Shown piece after piece: positions 25,747-36,216 of a stretch of DNA of 43,373 bases (the first letter of the stretch is position 1; each line of letters begins with the position of its first letter). Where the stretch lies: positions 1 to 43,373 of the forward strand of contig JASEGN010000002.1 of assembly GCA_030018055.1 (NCBI GenBank), written 5' to 3'. The position numbers and the translations under genes were made by a program. The notes beneath the pieces were generated by a model. The model had not been told where the DNA came from. It worked only from the letters and a program-made list of their open reading frames with translations, and made no database searches. Source of the stretch: Candidatus Aenigmatarchaeota archaeon. GTDB lineage: Archaea > Aenigmatarchaeota > Aenigmatarchaeia > CG10238-14 > SCSR01.

Positions 25747-28370
25747 CTTAACTTATATCTTAAGAAAGCTCCAATTCCACCCAATTCCTTAAATTGAACA
25801 CCTTCCCTTGTATCTGTGGATACAAATTCGATTCTTGTTCCGAATTTTTTAGCTGTTTCTATGAATTCATCAACCAACTCTTTAATCTCTTTCACAGCCA
25901 TTTTCTCACCACATCTTTCACAAATTTGCTCATAAGCTAAACTCATTCCAACTTTCATTTTCTTCTCTCCACATTTACATGCAAGCCTTACTTCAACGAC
26001 ATCCAATGCATCTGAAATTAGCAGGGTATCAACAGCTCCAGCATTAAGCGCATTGACAACATCATCAATTTTATATGATACCTTCCCACCTATTTGTATT
26101 TCTCGAAGGAAATTTCCGAGTAGCCCTTTTTCTTTTGCTATAGATGCTTCTTTTAATAAATCTTGAGCTCTACCAACGAGTTCCTCTAAACCATATTCAC
26201 CTGTATAGCTGGTATCCTTTAAGCCAAGCACCTTATTCTTTATTTGGTAATGTAGGTAATCTTCCTTGAGAAGAAGTTCTTTTATATAACCTGGACCACC
26301 GATAATAACCCACTTGAGTTCCTTTTGCTCTAAAAACAGTTTCGACGCAATTTCTCCAACCTTTGTTAAAAATTCGTGGATGGCATCCTCTCTAATTCTA
26401 TCATAACGTTTTTGTGAATTATGCACTAATATACCATTAATGAAGAAAGAATAATAGTCCGGAATGTAAAGGTCGTAAAAAATTCCAGTTGGTTTGATCT
26501 TTCTTCTTTCTTTTACTACAACTTGAATTAACTGTGAATTCAAAATTTTAAGAAGTTCACGTAAAACAGTTTCGCTATCTTTTGTCAATTTTCGCTTTCT
26601 TTCGAGTAAAAATTTCAAAACTTCTTCTCTCAACTCATTTTTAATATTCTTTCGCTCCAATTTCCAAATTGTATACACTGAAGCTCCAACAGCTTGTGTA
26701 ACATCTTTTTGTCTCAATCTTAGGAGTTTTCGTAGATATTTAATATTACTTCCATTCTTCTTCAAAGAGTTGATTCTTTTAATAAGAGGGAGAATTATTC
26801 TTTTGTAGAAAACAGGATAACTCATATTTCGTGTATCAGTAAAAAAATTAGAAACTTTTGTGAAATATTGCTTATTCAAATTAATACTTTCTATTTTTTT
26901 TCGCACTAAACTTCCAAGGATAGGGACTTTATCCACATGAAAGATGTAATTTCTTTCAGCTACGAACTTTCTTAATCTTAATTTTTTATTTTTTGAACTA
27001 AAATTAATTTTTTTCCAAAATTCTCTAGTATAAAATGGATTTGTTATCTGCAAGTTATATCTCCCAAATTTATCCGCTTCACTTATACTAGAAACTATAC
27101 CTAACTTTAATAACAGTAGCTGCAAAGTGCATATTATATTTTCATTAGAAAGTCTTATACAAATCTTTCCTTGAGAAATGTAACCTTCAGCATCAAAAAG
27201 ACCTCTTAGAAAGTAGCATAGCCATTTTCCAGATAATTTTGTTAGATTTATTGGTATTTTTCTATCTTTTCTTGTACCTAACAATCCTTGGAAGTTTTGT
27301 AAAACAAATCTAACAACTTTGATATCATAAACTCTAATCTCATAAGTATTCTTTTTTTTCAAAATTCTCGGTTTTTTCCTTAGATTTTTTTCAATCAACT
27401 TGCTGTAAAAAGATGCCAACTGAAAATCTTTCTCATAAGCAATTATTCTATTCCCATCTAAAGTTCCATCACCAAGAAGATAACCAAGAATCTGACACAT
27501 TTCTTTACTTAGAGAAGATAAATTGCATTTTATATCACTTTTCTTTAAGGCAAGTAGTCTATCACCCACTTCTAAATCCTCCACAAATTTTTCTATTATA
27601 CCATTTTCGGTCAAGACAAAAATTTTATGTTCGGGTGAAGCGATTAGCCTGAAAGTTGGTTCTTTAGTTATTATTTCATAAGCTCTTCTAACCTTTCTTT
27701 TAAATATTTCATGTGGATTGGTGAAAGTTTGTTTGAAGTTGCTAAAGGAAAAAGTTAAAACTTTATTATTTTTGTCAAGAAATTTTACTGGACAGATAGC
27801 ACCATTTTTTAGTTGGAGAAGGGATTCTTCGTGTAAACACATTCCACCTTTTACCGTCTTGCTTGGAACAGTAGACACTAAGTGCTTTAATGGCTCTATA
27901 GCTTTCCCTTTTAATAGACCTATGTTAGCTTCCCTGGTATCGAGAACAACTAAACCATAGACCTCTTTTTCCTTTATCATCTCTTCCAAGGGTTCTAGTA
28001 CGAAAACTTGATCACACCAATACATCTTTGTACTCATCCTTTCTGGAGGTTCCAAAGACCAAAGTCTTATATCGGTCTTACCTTCAACCTCAGAAACATT
28101 ACCACAAAAAACAATCAAACCATTTGCAGGAGTTTGTTTAAAGAGTTTTAAATGTGAAATAATCTTTTCAAGTGCATCCAAAACATTCTTTCTAGTTGTT
28201 TTTGATTTGATGTTTTGTGCAGTGGATTTTTCCTGGGTTAACTGGTTTATAATCTCGACTAGATTAAATCCAGCTGGAACATAAACTGAGACCAGCTCTG
28301 TGTGTCTTCCCTTAATTTTTTCCAGTTCTTTCAAAAGCTTCCTTAGCTTTAGCTTTTCCCTCTCTTCCAT
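25743..28370 (-). CDS. prf1: peptide chain release factor aRF1 (exteins 177 + 224 aa) carrying a 474-aa intein
   Basis: 875-aa ORF with the NIKS motif ([13 protein letters not shown]) and YxCxxxF (YWCDQVF). The extein junction ..[10 protein letters not shown] | [11 protein letters not shown].. lies in the GGQ loop. Confidence 0.85.
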   Translation of the reverse strand: MEEREKLKLRKLLKELEKIKGRHTELVSVYVPAGFNLVEIINQLTQEKSTAQNIKSKTTRKNVLDALEKIISHLKLFKQTPANGLIVFCGNVSEVEGKTDIRLWSLEPPERMSTKMYWCDQVFVLEPLEEMIKEKEVYGLVVLDTREANIGLLKGKAIEPLKHLVSTVPSKTVKGGMCLHEESLLQLKNGAICPVKFLDKNNKVLTFSFSNFKQTFTNPHEIFKRKVRRAYEIITKEPTFRLIASPEHKIFVLTENGIIEKFVEDLEVGDRLLALKKSDIKCNLSSLSKEMCQILGYLLGDGTLDGNRIIAYEKDFQLASFYSKLIEKNLRKKPRILKKKNTYEIRVYDIKVVRFVLQNFQGLLGTRKDRKIPINLTKLSGKWLCYFLRGLFDAEGYISQGKICIRLSNENIICTLQLLLLKLGIVSSISEADKFGRYNLQITNPFYTREFWKKINFSSKNKKLRLRKFVAERNYIFHVDKVPILGSLVRKKIESINLNKQYFTKVSNFFTDTRNMSYPVFYKRIILPLIKRINSLKKNGSNIKYLRKLLRLRQKDVTQAVGASVYTIWKLERKNIKNELREEVLKFLLERKRKLTKDSETVLRELLKILNSQLIQVVVKERRKIKPTGIFYDLYIPDYYSFFINGILVHNSQKRYDRIREDAIHEFLTKVGEIASKLFLEQKELKWVIIGGPGYIKELLLKEDYLHYQIKNKVLGLKDTSYTGEYGLEELVGRAQDLLKEASIAKEKGLLGNFLREIQIGGKVSYKIDDVVNALNAGAVDTLLISDALDVVEVRLACKCGEKKMKVGMSLAYEQICERCGEKMAVKEIKELVDEFIETAKKFGTRIEFVSTDTREGVQFKELGGIGAFLRYKLS
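26418..27839 (-). mobile_element. intein with LAGLIDADG homing endonuclease inserted in the GGQ loop of aRF1
   Basis: It starts [13 protein letters not shown] (Cys1) and ends ..GILVHN, followed by +1 Ser. The LAGLIDADG motifs are [11 protein letters not shown] and [11 protein letters not shown]. Length is 1422 nt (474 aa). Confidence 0.85.
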
Positions 28371-28479
28371 TTTTACACCATTATACTATTAAGTTAGGTG
28401 TTTATTCAAAAATCCTTAATAAATAACTAAATTGAATTTCTGGTAGATATTCTGAAGGGTTAATTTTTCTTATGTAAAG

Positions 28480-30810
28480 CTAATATTTCAAGTTATGCAT
28501 AGCTTTTAAATCTTTTTCAAAGGGTTGAAGCTCTGGTGGAACTTTTATATCAATCTCGCTTTTTAAGGATAATTTTCTCCTCTTTTTTTCATTCCAAACC
28601 TGAGAATTAAAATCAATTAATTTTTCAGTAAATTTTGCCCACTTCTTATCAACTTTAACTTTCTTCAAGAAAATTTCTCTATGAATGGATTTTTTTGAAT
28701 ATAAGCTTCTCCAGATGTGGTCTGTGATAAATGGGATTATTGGCGCTAACAATTTTAACAAAGCTTTTAAACAAGTGTGTAGAGTATACCATGCTGCCAT
28801 TTGCTCATCTTTATTAAAACCTTGGCCATAGGCTCTTGCTTTGATAAGCTCCAGGTAATGATCGGCAAAAATATTCCACGTGAATTCTCTCGTGGAATTT
28901 ATTGGAATAAAGAAGTTAAAATCCCTGTGACCATTTAAACTTTTTTCTATGAGTTGATTGAGTTCGGCTAAGATCCATTTATCACTTGCAGAAAGCTTAG
29001 CTTTTTTTGGTTCTGGGAAGGCTGATATAAATCTTGCTATGTTCCATAGCTTAGTTAAAAATTTCCTCCCATCAATAATTTTCTGCTCGGAATATCTAAA
29101 GTCTTCTCCTAAGCTAGATTCGCCTGCATTCCATAGCCTAAAAGCATCACCACCATACTTTTGAAGGATTGGAAGTGGAAAAACTATGTTACTCTTGCTT
29201 TTTGACATTTTCTCACCCTTTTCGTCCACGCCCAAGCCACTAATCCAAACATGAGAAAATGCTGGTTTTTTTGCTAACTGGTAGCACCTTAGCAAGGTGT
29301 AGTATAACCAAGTTCTAATTATCTCATAGCCTTGTGGCCTCATCGTGTTTGGAAATGTTTTTTTGAAAAAATTTTTATCCTTTAAAAATTTTGAAATAAA
29401 AAGTGGACTTATGCTTGAATCAAACCAAGTATCGAATGTTCTAATATCACCATAAAATTTTTTATTACCACAAAACTTACATTTCTTGAACGGTGGTTTT
29501 TCTTTCCAGGGTTGATAATACTTTCCTGCTGAAGGTAAATTTGGTTTGCCACATTTGCTACAGTACCAAATTGGAACTTCAGTTCCATAATATCTTCTTC
29601 TTGTTATTGGCCAATCGATTGCAATAGATTCTATCCAATCAAAAAGTCTTTGCCTATGATGCTCTGGATGAAAAACTAGCTTTTTAGCAAGTTCTTTGAT
29701 TTTTTCTCTAAATTTTAGTTGTTTTAAATAAAACTCTTTCATCGGAATTATCTCGATTGGAACCCCACTTCTTTCACAAACAGGTATTCTATGGGTAATC
29801 TTTTCTCTTTTTGCTAACCTACCCTTTCTTTCCAAATCCTCTATTATTTTTCTTCTTGCAACTTCCACAGGTAAACCAGAATAAACTCCTGCTGCTTTAG
29901 TTAATCTTCCCTCTTCATCGATGGCAACTATTTCCTTTAGGTTAAGTTCCCGAAACAACCTAACATCCTCAAAATCTCCATAACTACATACCATCACCAC
30001 TCCACTCCCAAATTTTGGGTTAGCAGCAGGATGAGGAATTATTGACACCATCCTATCGTAAATTGGTATTAACACATGCTTGTTATGAAGGTGAAGATAT
30101 CTTTTGTCCCTTGGATTAACAAGTATAGCTTGACAAGAGCAAAGCAATTCTGGTCTTGTACTTGCTACAACTATTTCTCCAGGCATATCCTCCAAAGAAA
30201 ATTTCATGTAAACAAGTTCCGTAGAAAGTTCAAGATATTCAACGTCAGCATCAGCTATCGTTGTCCTGCAATCATAGCAGTAATTGCTTGGTCTAGTTGC
30301 TTCGTAAATTAAACCTCTTTTCCACAGTTCAATGAATGTAGCTTGAGTTAGAGTTCTATATTCAATGGCATCGGTACAATAATAGTTCATGAGGTCAGCG
30401 CTGATTCCCATCCTTTCCATTATTCTAATCATCTCATTCTCAAGCTCGTCCAAAGCAGTTTTGCACAAATTGATAAATTTTTCTCTTGATGTATCCTGAA
30501 GTTTTATTCCATATTTTTTTTCAGTGTATTTTTCCACTGGAACCCCATTCCTGTCTATGCCCATAGGAAAATAAACCTCGTAACCAAGCATTCTAGCTGT
30601 TCTTGCAATCATGTCTATTTGTGAGTAATGGGCAGCTGCACCAACATGGAATGCTCCACTTGGATAAGGAGGTGGTGTATCTACGCTAAAAATTGGTTTT
30701 TTGCTTTTTGGGTTAAATTTGTAAATTTTTCCTTTCTCCCACGATCTTAAAATTTTTAATTCTAGGCTAGGTTCCCAAACTTTTTCTTTAATTTTTGGAA
30801 TTAGTTTCAT
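28480..30810 (-). CDS. valS: valine--tRNA ligase (class I aaRS)
   Basis: 776-aa ORF with DTPPPYPSG.., an editing-domain TRPEL, DTWFDSS and KMSKSKSN. The HIGH box reads HVGA. Confidence 0.7.
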   Translation of the reverse strand: MKLIPKIKEKVWEPSLELKILRSWEKGKIYKFNPKSKKPIFSVDTPPPYPSGAFHVGAAAHYSQIDMIARTARMLGYEVYFPMGIDRNGVPVEKYTEKKYGIKLQDTSREKFINLCKTALDELENEMIRIMERMGISADLMNYYCTDAIEYRTLTQATFIELWKRGLIYEATRPSNYCYDCRTTIADADVEYLELSTELVYMKFSLEDMPGEIVVASTRPELLCSCQAILVNPRDKRYLHLHNKHVLIPIYDRMVSIIPHPAANPKFGSGVVMVCSYGDFEDVRLFRELNLKEIVAIDEEGRLTKAAGVYSGLPVEVARRKIIEDLERKGRLAKREKITHRIPVCERSGVPIEIIPMKEFYLKQLKFREKIKELAKKLVFHPEHHRQRLFDWIESIAIDWPITRRRYYGTEVPIWYCSKCGKPNLPSAGKYYQPWKEKPPFKKCKFCGNKKFYGDIRTFDTWFDSSISPLFISKFLKDKNFFKKTFPNTMRPQGYEIIRTWLYYTLLRCYQLAKKPAFSHVWISGLGVDEKGEKMSKSKSNIVFPLPILQKYGGDAFRLWNAGESSLGEDFRYSEQKIIDGRKFLTKLWNIARFISAFPEPKKAKLSASDKWILAELNQLIEKSLNGHRDFNFFIPINSTREFTWNIFADHYLELIKARAYGQGFNKDEQMAAWYTLHTCLKALLKLLAPIIPFITDHIWRSLYSKKSIHREIFLKKVKVDKKWAKFTEKLIDFNSQVWNEKKRRKLSLKSEIDIKVPPELQPFEKDLKAMHNLKY

Positions 30811-30897
30811 ATCATAGAAATTATTTTTTTCATTAATTAATTTTATTCATGTCAATGAGAACAATATTTCTATTTAAAATAAAAACAAAAATTTAAT

Positions 30898-31860
30898 GTG
30901 GAAAGCTTTCAAATTTCTCTGAGTAATGGCATCACAATAAAATTTAATAATAATCAAAAAATTTTTCTTGACCCAAAAATCTCTGATTCCATTTCTTTTG
31001 TTTCTCACGCTCATTCTGACCACATACCGAGAAAAATAATTACGCCACCTTATTGCACAAAGGAAACATATGAGTTAATAAAATTAAAGCAACCTAACTT
31101 TAAGGCTAATGTTCTAAAAGAAAATAGGAAGATGAAATTTGATGAATTTTCCGTTAAGTTAATAAGCTCTGGTCATATGCTAGGAGCAAGCCAAGTTTTT
31201 ATAGAGCTAGATGGTTGCTCCATCCTTTATACTGGTGATTTTAAACTTTGGCAAGGATTAACCTCAAAGGCAATTAACATTCAAGAAGCTGATGTGCTTA
31301 TAACAGAAGCAACCTACGGATTACCCAAATTCAACTTTCCTTTAATAGAAGAGACTAGGGAGAAATTGATAAGGTGGGTAATGGAGCAATTGAAAAAGGG
31401 CTACAACGTTAATCTTGGTTGCTATCCTGTTGGGAAGTCTCAAGAAGTAATTAAACTTCTTAATCGCTATGGTTTAATTCCACAAGTTTCTGAAAGTGTG
31501 AGGAAATATTCTGAAGTCTACAACAGCTTTGGTGTCAATCTAAAATTTTTGGAAAAAGAGGAGAGTGAAAGAATTTTTATTAGACCTATGCATATCGTTT
31601 ATCGCTTCCGTAGCAAAAAAGCTAAAAGTTGTGTTTTGACTGGTTGGGCTTTGTTTAAAAATTATGGGTGTTTTGGTTTACCCTTGTCTGACCATTGTGA
31701 TTTTAATCAACTCATCCTTTTTGCTCAACAGGTTAATCCAAAGCAAGTTTATTGTTTTCATGGCTATGTGAATGAATTAGCGAGAGAAATAAGAAAAAAA
31801 TTAAAAGCTAAGACTAGAGTTATACAAAAACAAGGACAAAAGTTATTAACTCAATTCTAG
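30898..31860 (+). CDS. metallo-beta-lactamase-fold hydrolase (beta-CASP-like nuclease candidate)
   Basis: 320-aa ORF with a GTG start. It has SHAHSDH (the HxHxDH motif) and a C-terminal ..CFHG... Confidence 0.6.
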   Translation: MESFQISLSNGITIKFNNNQKIFLDPKISDSISFVSHAHSDHIPRKIITPPYCTKETYELIKLKQPNFKANVLKENRKMKFDEFSVKLISSGHMLGASQVFIELDGCSILYTGDFKLWQGLTSKAINIQEADVLITEATYGLPKFNFPLIEETREKLIRWVMEQLKKGYNVNLGCYPVGKSQEVIKLLNRYGLIPQVSESVRKYSEVYNSFGVNLKFLEKEESERIFIRPMHIVYRFRSKKAKSCVLTGWALFKNYGCFGLPLSDHCDFNQLILFAQQVNPKQVYCFHGYVNELAREIRKKLKAKTRVIQKQGQKLLTQF

Positions 31861-32445
31861 AATTCTATCCAGCTCATAGTTACAAATGGCAACACAATTA
31901 CTGGCTAAATACTCAATTTTTCCTAAAGAAATTTTTTGTGCATTAAATCTTTTCAATAATTTCTCTGTAGCGGATGGTAAGCCAAGATGGTCACCTAGGA
32001 TAAAACATACATTTTGAGTAAATTCAACTTTTCGAATATCTTTTCCTTTTGGGTGAAGATAAAATAGTTGAGTTGTTTTAGATTTTTCCTTAACCAGTTG
32101 TTCAAAACTTTTCTTAGCAATTTTAATTCCAGAAGGTAACTCTATTTCCTCGTTTGATCTTAAATTATAGCCTTTTTCAAGAGCTATACATATATTGGAA
32201 GCGATATTTCTTTCATCTAGACTAACTCCCACCAATTTTTCTCCATCAAAACTTAAAATTTTTGGTGGTCTATCTGGACCTTCTAGTGCAGCATGAAATA
32301 TGATATCTCTACGTAAAGCGTGAGAGAGCCACAGAGCATTCGTTACACAACGACAAACTAGGTCCATCCTCCCAGCTCCAGGTAAATCATTAAGTCTAAA
32401 CATCTTTGTAAAAGCTTTTGATGCCTTTAAAATAAATTCCCTCAT
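31846..32445 (-). CDS. trmY: tRNA (pseudouridine54-N1)-methyltransferase TrmY-like (SPOUT, DUF358)
   Basis: 199-aa ORF. ..LNDLPGAGRMDLVCRCVTNALWLSHALRRD.. resembles TrmY family N-termini. Confidence 0.65.
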   Translation of the reverse strand: MREFILKASKAFTKMFRLNDLPGAGRMDLVCRCVTNALWLSHALRRDIIFHAALEGPDRPPKILSFDGEKLVGVSLDERNIASNICIALEKGYNLRSNEEIELPSGIKIAKKSFEQLVKEKSKTTQLFYLHPKGKDIRKVEFTQNVCFILGDHLGLPSATEKLLKRFNAQKISLGKIEYLASNCVAICNYELDRILELS

Positions 32446-32503
32446 ATTAAAGAATCTAACTCTTAATCAAAAAATTTGTTAATTCGTTATGTATATTAAA
32501 TTT

Positions 32504-33961
32504 CTAAATAATTTCTGTTACTAACACTTTTCTACCATGATAGGCATTGAAAACCTTTTCAATAATCTCTCTACTTTGGCCAGTATAATTCATCGGATTA
32601 GTAATCATTCTTATAGTTTCTGTTGATAATCTACTAACCACATCAGGGCTTTCAAGTAGAACATCTCCAAACTCTCTTTTTTCGTTATACGCCTTTGTTG
32701 CCAACTCAGATACCAAATTATGTGCCTCTTCTCTAGCCATAGGGAATTGTGTTTTTCTATGATCTGTGAGATACGTTAACACTCTTTCTGATGTTACAAC
32801 ACCGTATGCTCTTCTTACCCTTTCTATACACCTATCTTCATTCAAATCAAGGTAATATACTACTTCTGCTAACCTTCTTATTACAAAATCTCCCCATTTA
32901 AACATGTCCTCTAAGATTATTCTGTCCGATGCCGAGCCACTTAAATCTCTTGCATATCTAAATTTACAAGAAGATAATGATGTCTGCATAGCTCCTCGCA
33001 TGTAATTAGCAAAAGATTCTGTTTGCTCTTCTATCGTTCTATTCCCTCCTTTTATATCCTTGTGCGGCATGGCAGAAGATCCTTTTCTCTTTTTTGGATT
33101 AGTATCCTTAAAGATGTTTACATCATCGCCGAATCCCCATGCAATATAAAAAGCTAGGTTCTGCATGGTCTCAGCAGATCTAGCCATGACATAAATAATA
33201 TCTGTAACGAATTCTCTACCAGGAATTTGAGCTGGAGCGATCATATACCCAATACTTAATTTTTTACAATATTCTTCCTGTAATTTGATACCGTCGATTC
33301 CAAGGTCAGTTGCTGAATGATGACTGCCTGTTGCATCTGCCCACTTGCCTTTTAATGAGTTTTTATAGACAAAAGCAAACCAGTCTAAGTTGGATTGAAG
33401 CATTTCTCCGTAAAACATGAATGGTCTTCCTGCAAACGTTGGTAACGCATCATACCAATGTGTTTCATCCATATGAATTTTATCCATCCACTCCATTCCT
33501 TTTTCAAGTGTAATGTCTCTTAAATTTTCCAAAGAATCAACTACAACTTCGATTGAATTTTTTAATTGCAAAGCTTTGGCGGTTTCAACGGTGTCAGCAC
33601 TCGTTCTTGCCTTTCCTATGTGCGACCTTGCCTCTTTACTAACTTTCTCTTCTAAAGAAGTGTTAATTGCCATAACATCATGGCCAGTTTTTTCTTCAAG
33701 CTCTCTAATTCTAGCAGCCTCAATAACATTTAGATTCGCTTTTTCAGTTATTTCTTTGGCATGAGCAGGTGGTACAATTTCTGGATATAATTCTGACATC
33801 GTTGCAACTGCTGATGCTTGTGCGTCAAGACTGAATTGATAAGTTCGTTCAGGTCCCCATATTTTTATCATATCATCTGTTCCATATCGTCCATGCGCAA
33901 GTAAAGCAGGGTCTGTTTTTGCGATAGAAATACCGAGTGGTTTTGGCAATGTTTTTTTCAT
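32504..33961 (-). CDS. purB: adenylosuccinate lyase-family (fumarate lyase superfamily) protein
   Basis: 485-aa ORF with a GSSAMPHK signature. The following residues diverge (DIKGGNRT instead of RNP). Confidence 0.65.
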   Translation of the reverse strand: MKKTLPKPLGISIAKTDPALLAHGRYGTDDMIKIWGPERTYQFSLDAQASAVATMSELYPEIVPPAHAKEITEKANLNVIEAARIRELEEKTGHDVMAINTSLEEKVSKEARSHIGKARTSADTVETAKALQLKNSIEVVVDSLENLRDITLEKGMEWMDKIHMDETHWYDALPTFAGRPFMFYGEMLQSNLDWFAFVYKNSLKGKWADATGSHHSATDLGIDGIKLQEEYCKKLSIGYMIAPAQIPGREFVTDIIYVMARSAETMQNLAFYIAWGFGDDVNIFKDTNPKKRKGSSAMPHKDIKGGNRTIEEQTESFANYMRGAMQTSLSSCKFRYARDLSGSASDRIILEDMFKWGDFVIRRLAEVVYYLDLNEDRCIERVRRAYGVVTSERVLTYLTDHRKTQFPMAREEAHNLVSELATKAYNEKREFGDVLLESPDVVSRLSTETIRMITNPMNYTGQSREIIEKVFNAYHGRKVLVTEII

Positions 33962-34116
33962 GGTACCAGATTAATTTTACTAGTAAAATAATTTAAACTT
34001 AATATGTAATCTTTTATTACCTTGCTCTTGCCGCCTCTACTTAGTATTTCGTAAAGTAGCTATGAAAGTAGAAGCACAGAGCGAGGCTACATTTAATTAC
34101 TTGACTAAATTTACTT

Positions 34117-35136
34117 ATGATTGAAAGGTTTTTTTGGCAATTTTTTTCATACTTTGGTGACGTAGCCTATTGGTTGGGTTTTAGCATAGCTTTCCTTTTA
34201 ATTTACCCTTTGCTTTCAAAAAGTGACAAGGCAAAAACAAGATGGATTGTAGTCGAGTTAATTCCAATCGTTTTAATTTCCTATCTCATAGCAACATGCT
34301 TAAAATTTTTATTTCTAGTTCCAAGGCCTTGCTTTGGTTTAGAAGATTGTCCATTAACACCATCATTTCCATCCGGTCATGCAACAATAGCATTTGCTTT
34401 TTCTACAGTTATAGTAGCTAGGCTGAGAGAAAGAAAATACCTTTTATTTTTTGGTTTAGCCTTTTTAGTCGCCTTATCAAGAATTATGCTTGGTGTACAT
34501 GCTGTAGTTGATGTAGTAGCTGGTAGTGTATTGGGAATAGCTGTTGGTGCTGCAGGGGTAGCAGCTAGAAGGGTTAGATTAAATCACTTCTACCTTAGAA
34601 AAACAATTCATCTTCTATGCATAGCGATAATTCCAATTGAATTCCTTTTTGGTAAGAATATTACTGCTGCTTTAATTCTGCTCACTTCTTTGCTTTACCT
34701 CATTTCAGAGATCCTTAGGGTAAGAAAAATAAAATTTCCATTTTTTCAACAGGTAACAAAGGCTTGTTATGAGCAAAGGAATTTAAAAAATATCATAACA
34801 ACTCCTCTCTACTTTGCGAGTGGGATAATTGTTCTACTCCTCCTATTTCCAAAAAATGCATTCTATTTCGGAGCAGTTGCTATAATCCTAGGAGATGGGA
34901 TGGCTGGAATTTTTGGCAAAAAATTTGGAAGGATAAAAATTTTTTACAATAGAAGGAAGACTCTGGAAGGCTCTATAGCTTGTTTTTTCTCCACATTTTT
35001 ACCATTTTTACTTTTAACTAATTTTTTAAGCGCAGCAATTTTAGCATTTTTTGCTGCATTTCTGGAATCGTTATTGAAAAAATATGAGAACTTTATTCTT
35101 CCAGTTGGTGTTGGTACATTTTCTTTATTTATTTAA
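34117..35136 (+). CDS. fusion of PAP2-type lipid phosphatase and CTP-dependent polyprenol (dolichol) kinase-like domain
   Basis: 339-aa polytopic ORF. The N-terminal part has PAP2 motifs KFLFLVPRP, PSGH and SRIMLGVHAVVD. The C-terminal part has GDGMAGIFGKKFG...KTLEGS, typical of the DolK/CdsA (CTP_transf_1) family. Confidence 0.6.
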   Translation: MIERFFWQFFSYFGDVAYWLGFSIAFLLIYPLLSKSDKAKTRWIVVELIPIVLISYLIATCLKFLFLVPRPCFGLEDCPLTPSFPSGHATIAFAFSTVIVARLRERKYLLFFGLAFLVALSRIMLGVHAVVDVVAGSVLGIAVGAAGVAARRVRLNHFYLRKTIHLLCIAIIPIEFLFGKNITAALILLTSLLYLISEILRVRKIKFPFFQQVTKACYEQRNLKNIITTPLYFASGIIVLLLLFPKNAFYFGAVAIILGDGMAGIFGKKFGRIKIFYNRRKTLEGSIACFFSTFLPFLLLTNFLSAAILAFFAAFLESLLKKYENFILPVGVGTFSLFI

Positions 35137-35153
35137 ATTAATAAAAGAAAAAT

Positions 35154-35360
35154 ATGCCGGTTGCAAAGAACTTGTTAAAAATATTAGCATGCCCAAAATG
35201 TAAGGGCGATATTGAAGAAAGGGATATGTTTATAGTTTGTAAAAGCTGCAAGCTAGCGTATCCTGTTCTGGATGGTGATGTTCCGGATATGCTCATAGAG
35301 GATGCCTGGAAGCTAGAGGAAGCTAGGAAGCGTAGATTTAAACATAGCTTAAAATTATAA
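35154..35360 (+). CDS. Trm112-family small zinc-ribbon protein
   Basis: 68-aa ORF. LLKILACPKCKG...CKSCKLAYPVLDGDVPDML is typical of Trm112/UPF0434. Confidence 0.7.
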   Translation: MPVAKNLLKILACPKCKGDIEERDMFIVCKSCKLAYPVLDGDVPDMLIEDAWKLEEARKRRFKHSLKL

Positions 35361-35514
35361 TTCTTTCAACATCTTAAGGAATTTCAATATATCTGAAACG
35401 TTTTTTTAGTCAGTACTTAACATTAGAATTTAACAGTTTCAGCTGTATGCACACTACTACTTTCAAAACTTAAGAATAAACTAATTTAAGCATTGTAGAT
35501 AATTAATTGATAGT

Positions 35515-35802
35515 ATGAAAATCGCCGAGCTAAGAGATGGAATGAGAAATGTTTCTTTAGAGGCTAAGGTAATAGATGTATCTGAAACTAGGGTAGTACA
35601 AACAAAATATGGTAGGAGAGAAGTTGCAAATGCTACAATAGAGGATGATAGTGGACAGGTTTCATTGGTTCTTTGGAGAGAGCAGATTAGAGCTGTGAAC
35701 GTGGGAGATAAAATAAGTGTTAGTGGTGGGTTTGTTACTGAATTTAGAGATGAACTACAGGTTAATGTTCCTAGGTCAGGAAAAATTGAAGTAATAAAGT
35801 AA
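35515..35802 (+). CDS. single OB-fold nucleic-acid-binding protein
   Basis: 95-aa ORF. ..VSLEAKVIDVSETRVV...ATIEDDSGQVSLVLW.. is an OB-fold pattern. Confidence 0.55.
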   Translation: MKIAELRDGMRNVSLEAKVIDVSETRVVQTKYGRREVANATIEDDSGQVSLVLWREQIRAVNVGDKISVSGGFVTEFRDELQVNVPRSGKIEVIK

Positions 35803-35847
35803 TTTTATACATATACTTTTAAATAAGAAAAAAAGTTAAATTATAAT

Positions 35848-36147
35848 ATGCCAACCAAAAGAAGTTTAGTTAAGGTATATTTACTCGGAATAATTACTCT
35901 AGGGATCTACTTTATCTATTGGTATGTCAAGACGAAAAATGAAATGAATGAACTTGGAGCAAAAATACCAACTGCATGGCTACTAATAATACCGATAGCG
36001 AATATCTATTGGATGTATAGATATGCAGAAGGTTTTGCAAAAATTACTAAAAAAGAGAGTACAGTGCTTTGGTTCCTACTTTTCATCATAATACCAATTA
36101 TTGTACCAGCCATAGTTCAATCTGAACTTAACAAACTCAGCAAGTAA
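35848..36147 (+). CDS. small membrane protein (DUF4234-like)
   Basis: 99-aa ORF with two or three TM segments and a GIYFIYWY motif. Confidence 0.5.
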   Translation: MPTKRSLVKVYLLGIITLGIYFIYWYVKTKNEMNELGAKIPTAWLLIIPIANIYWMYRYAEGFAKITKKESTVLWFLLFIIIPIIVPAIVQSELNKLSK

Positions 36148-36216
36148 ATACTTTACTCGTAAGAAGAATTTTATAATGAAATTTAAAATTAAAAAACAAT
36201 TTTCTAATTATTAATA

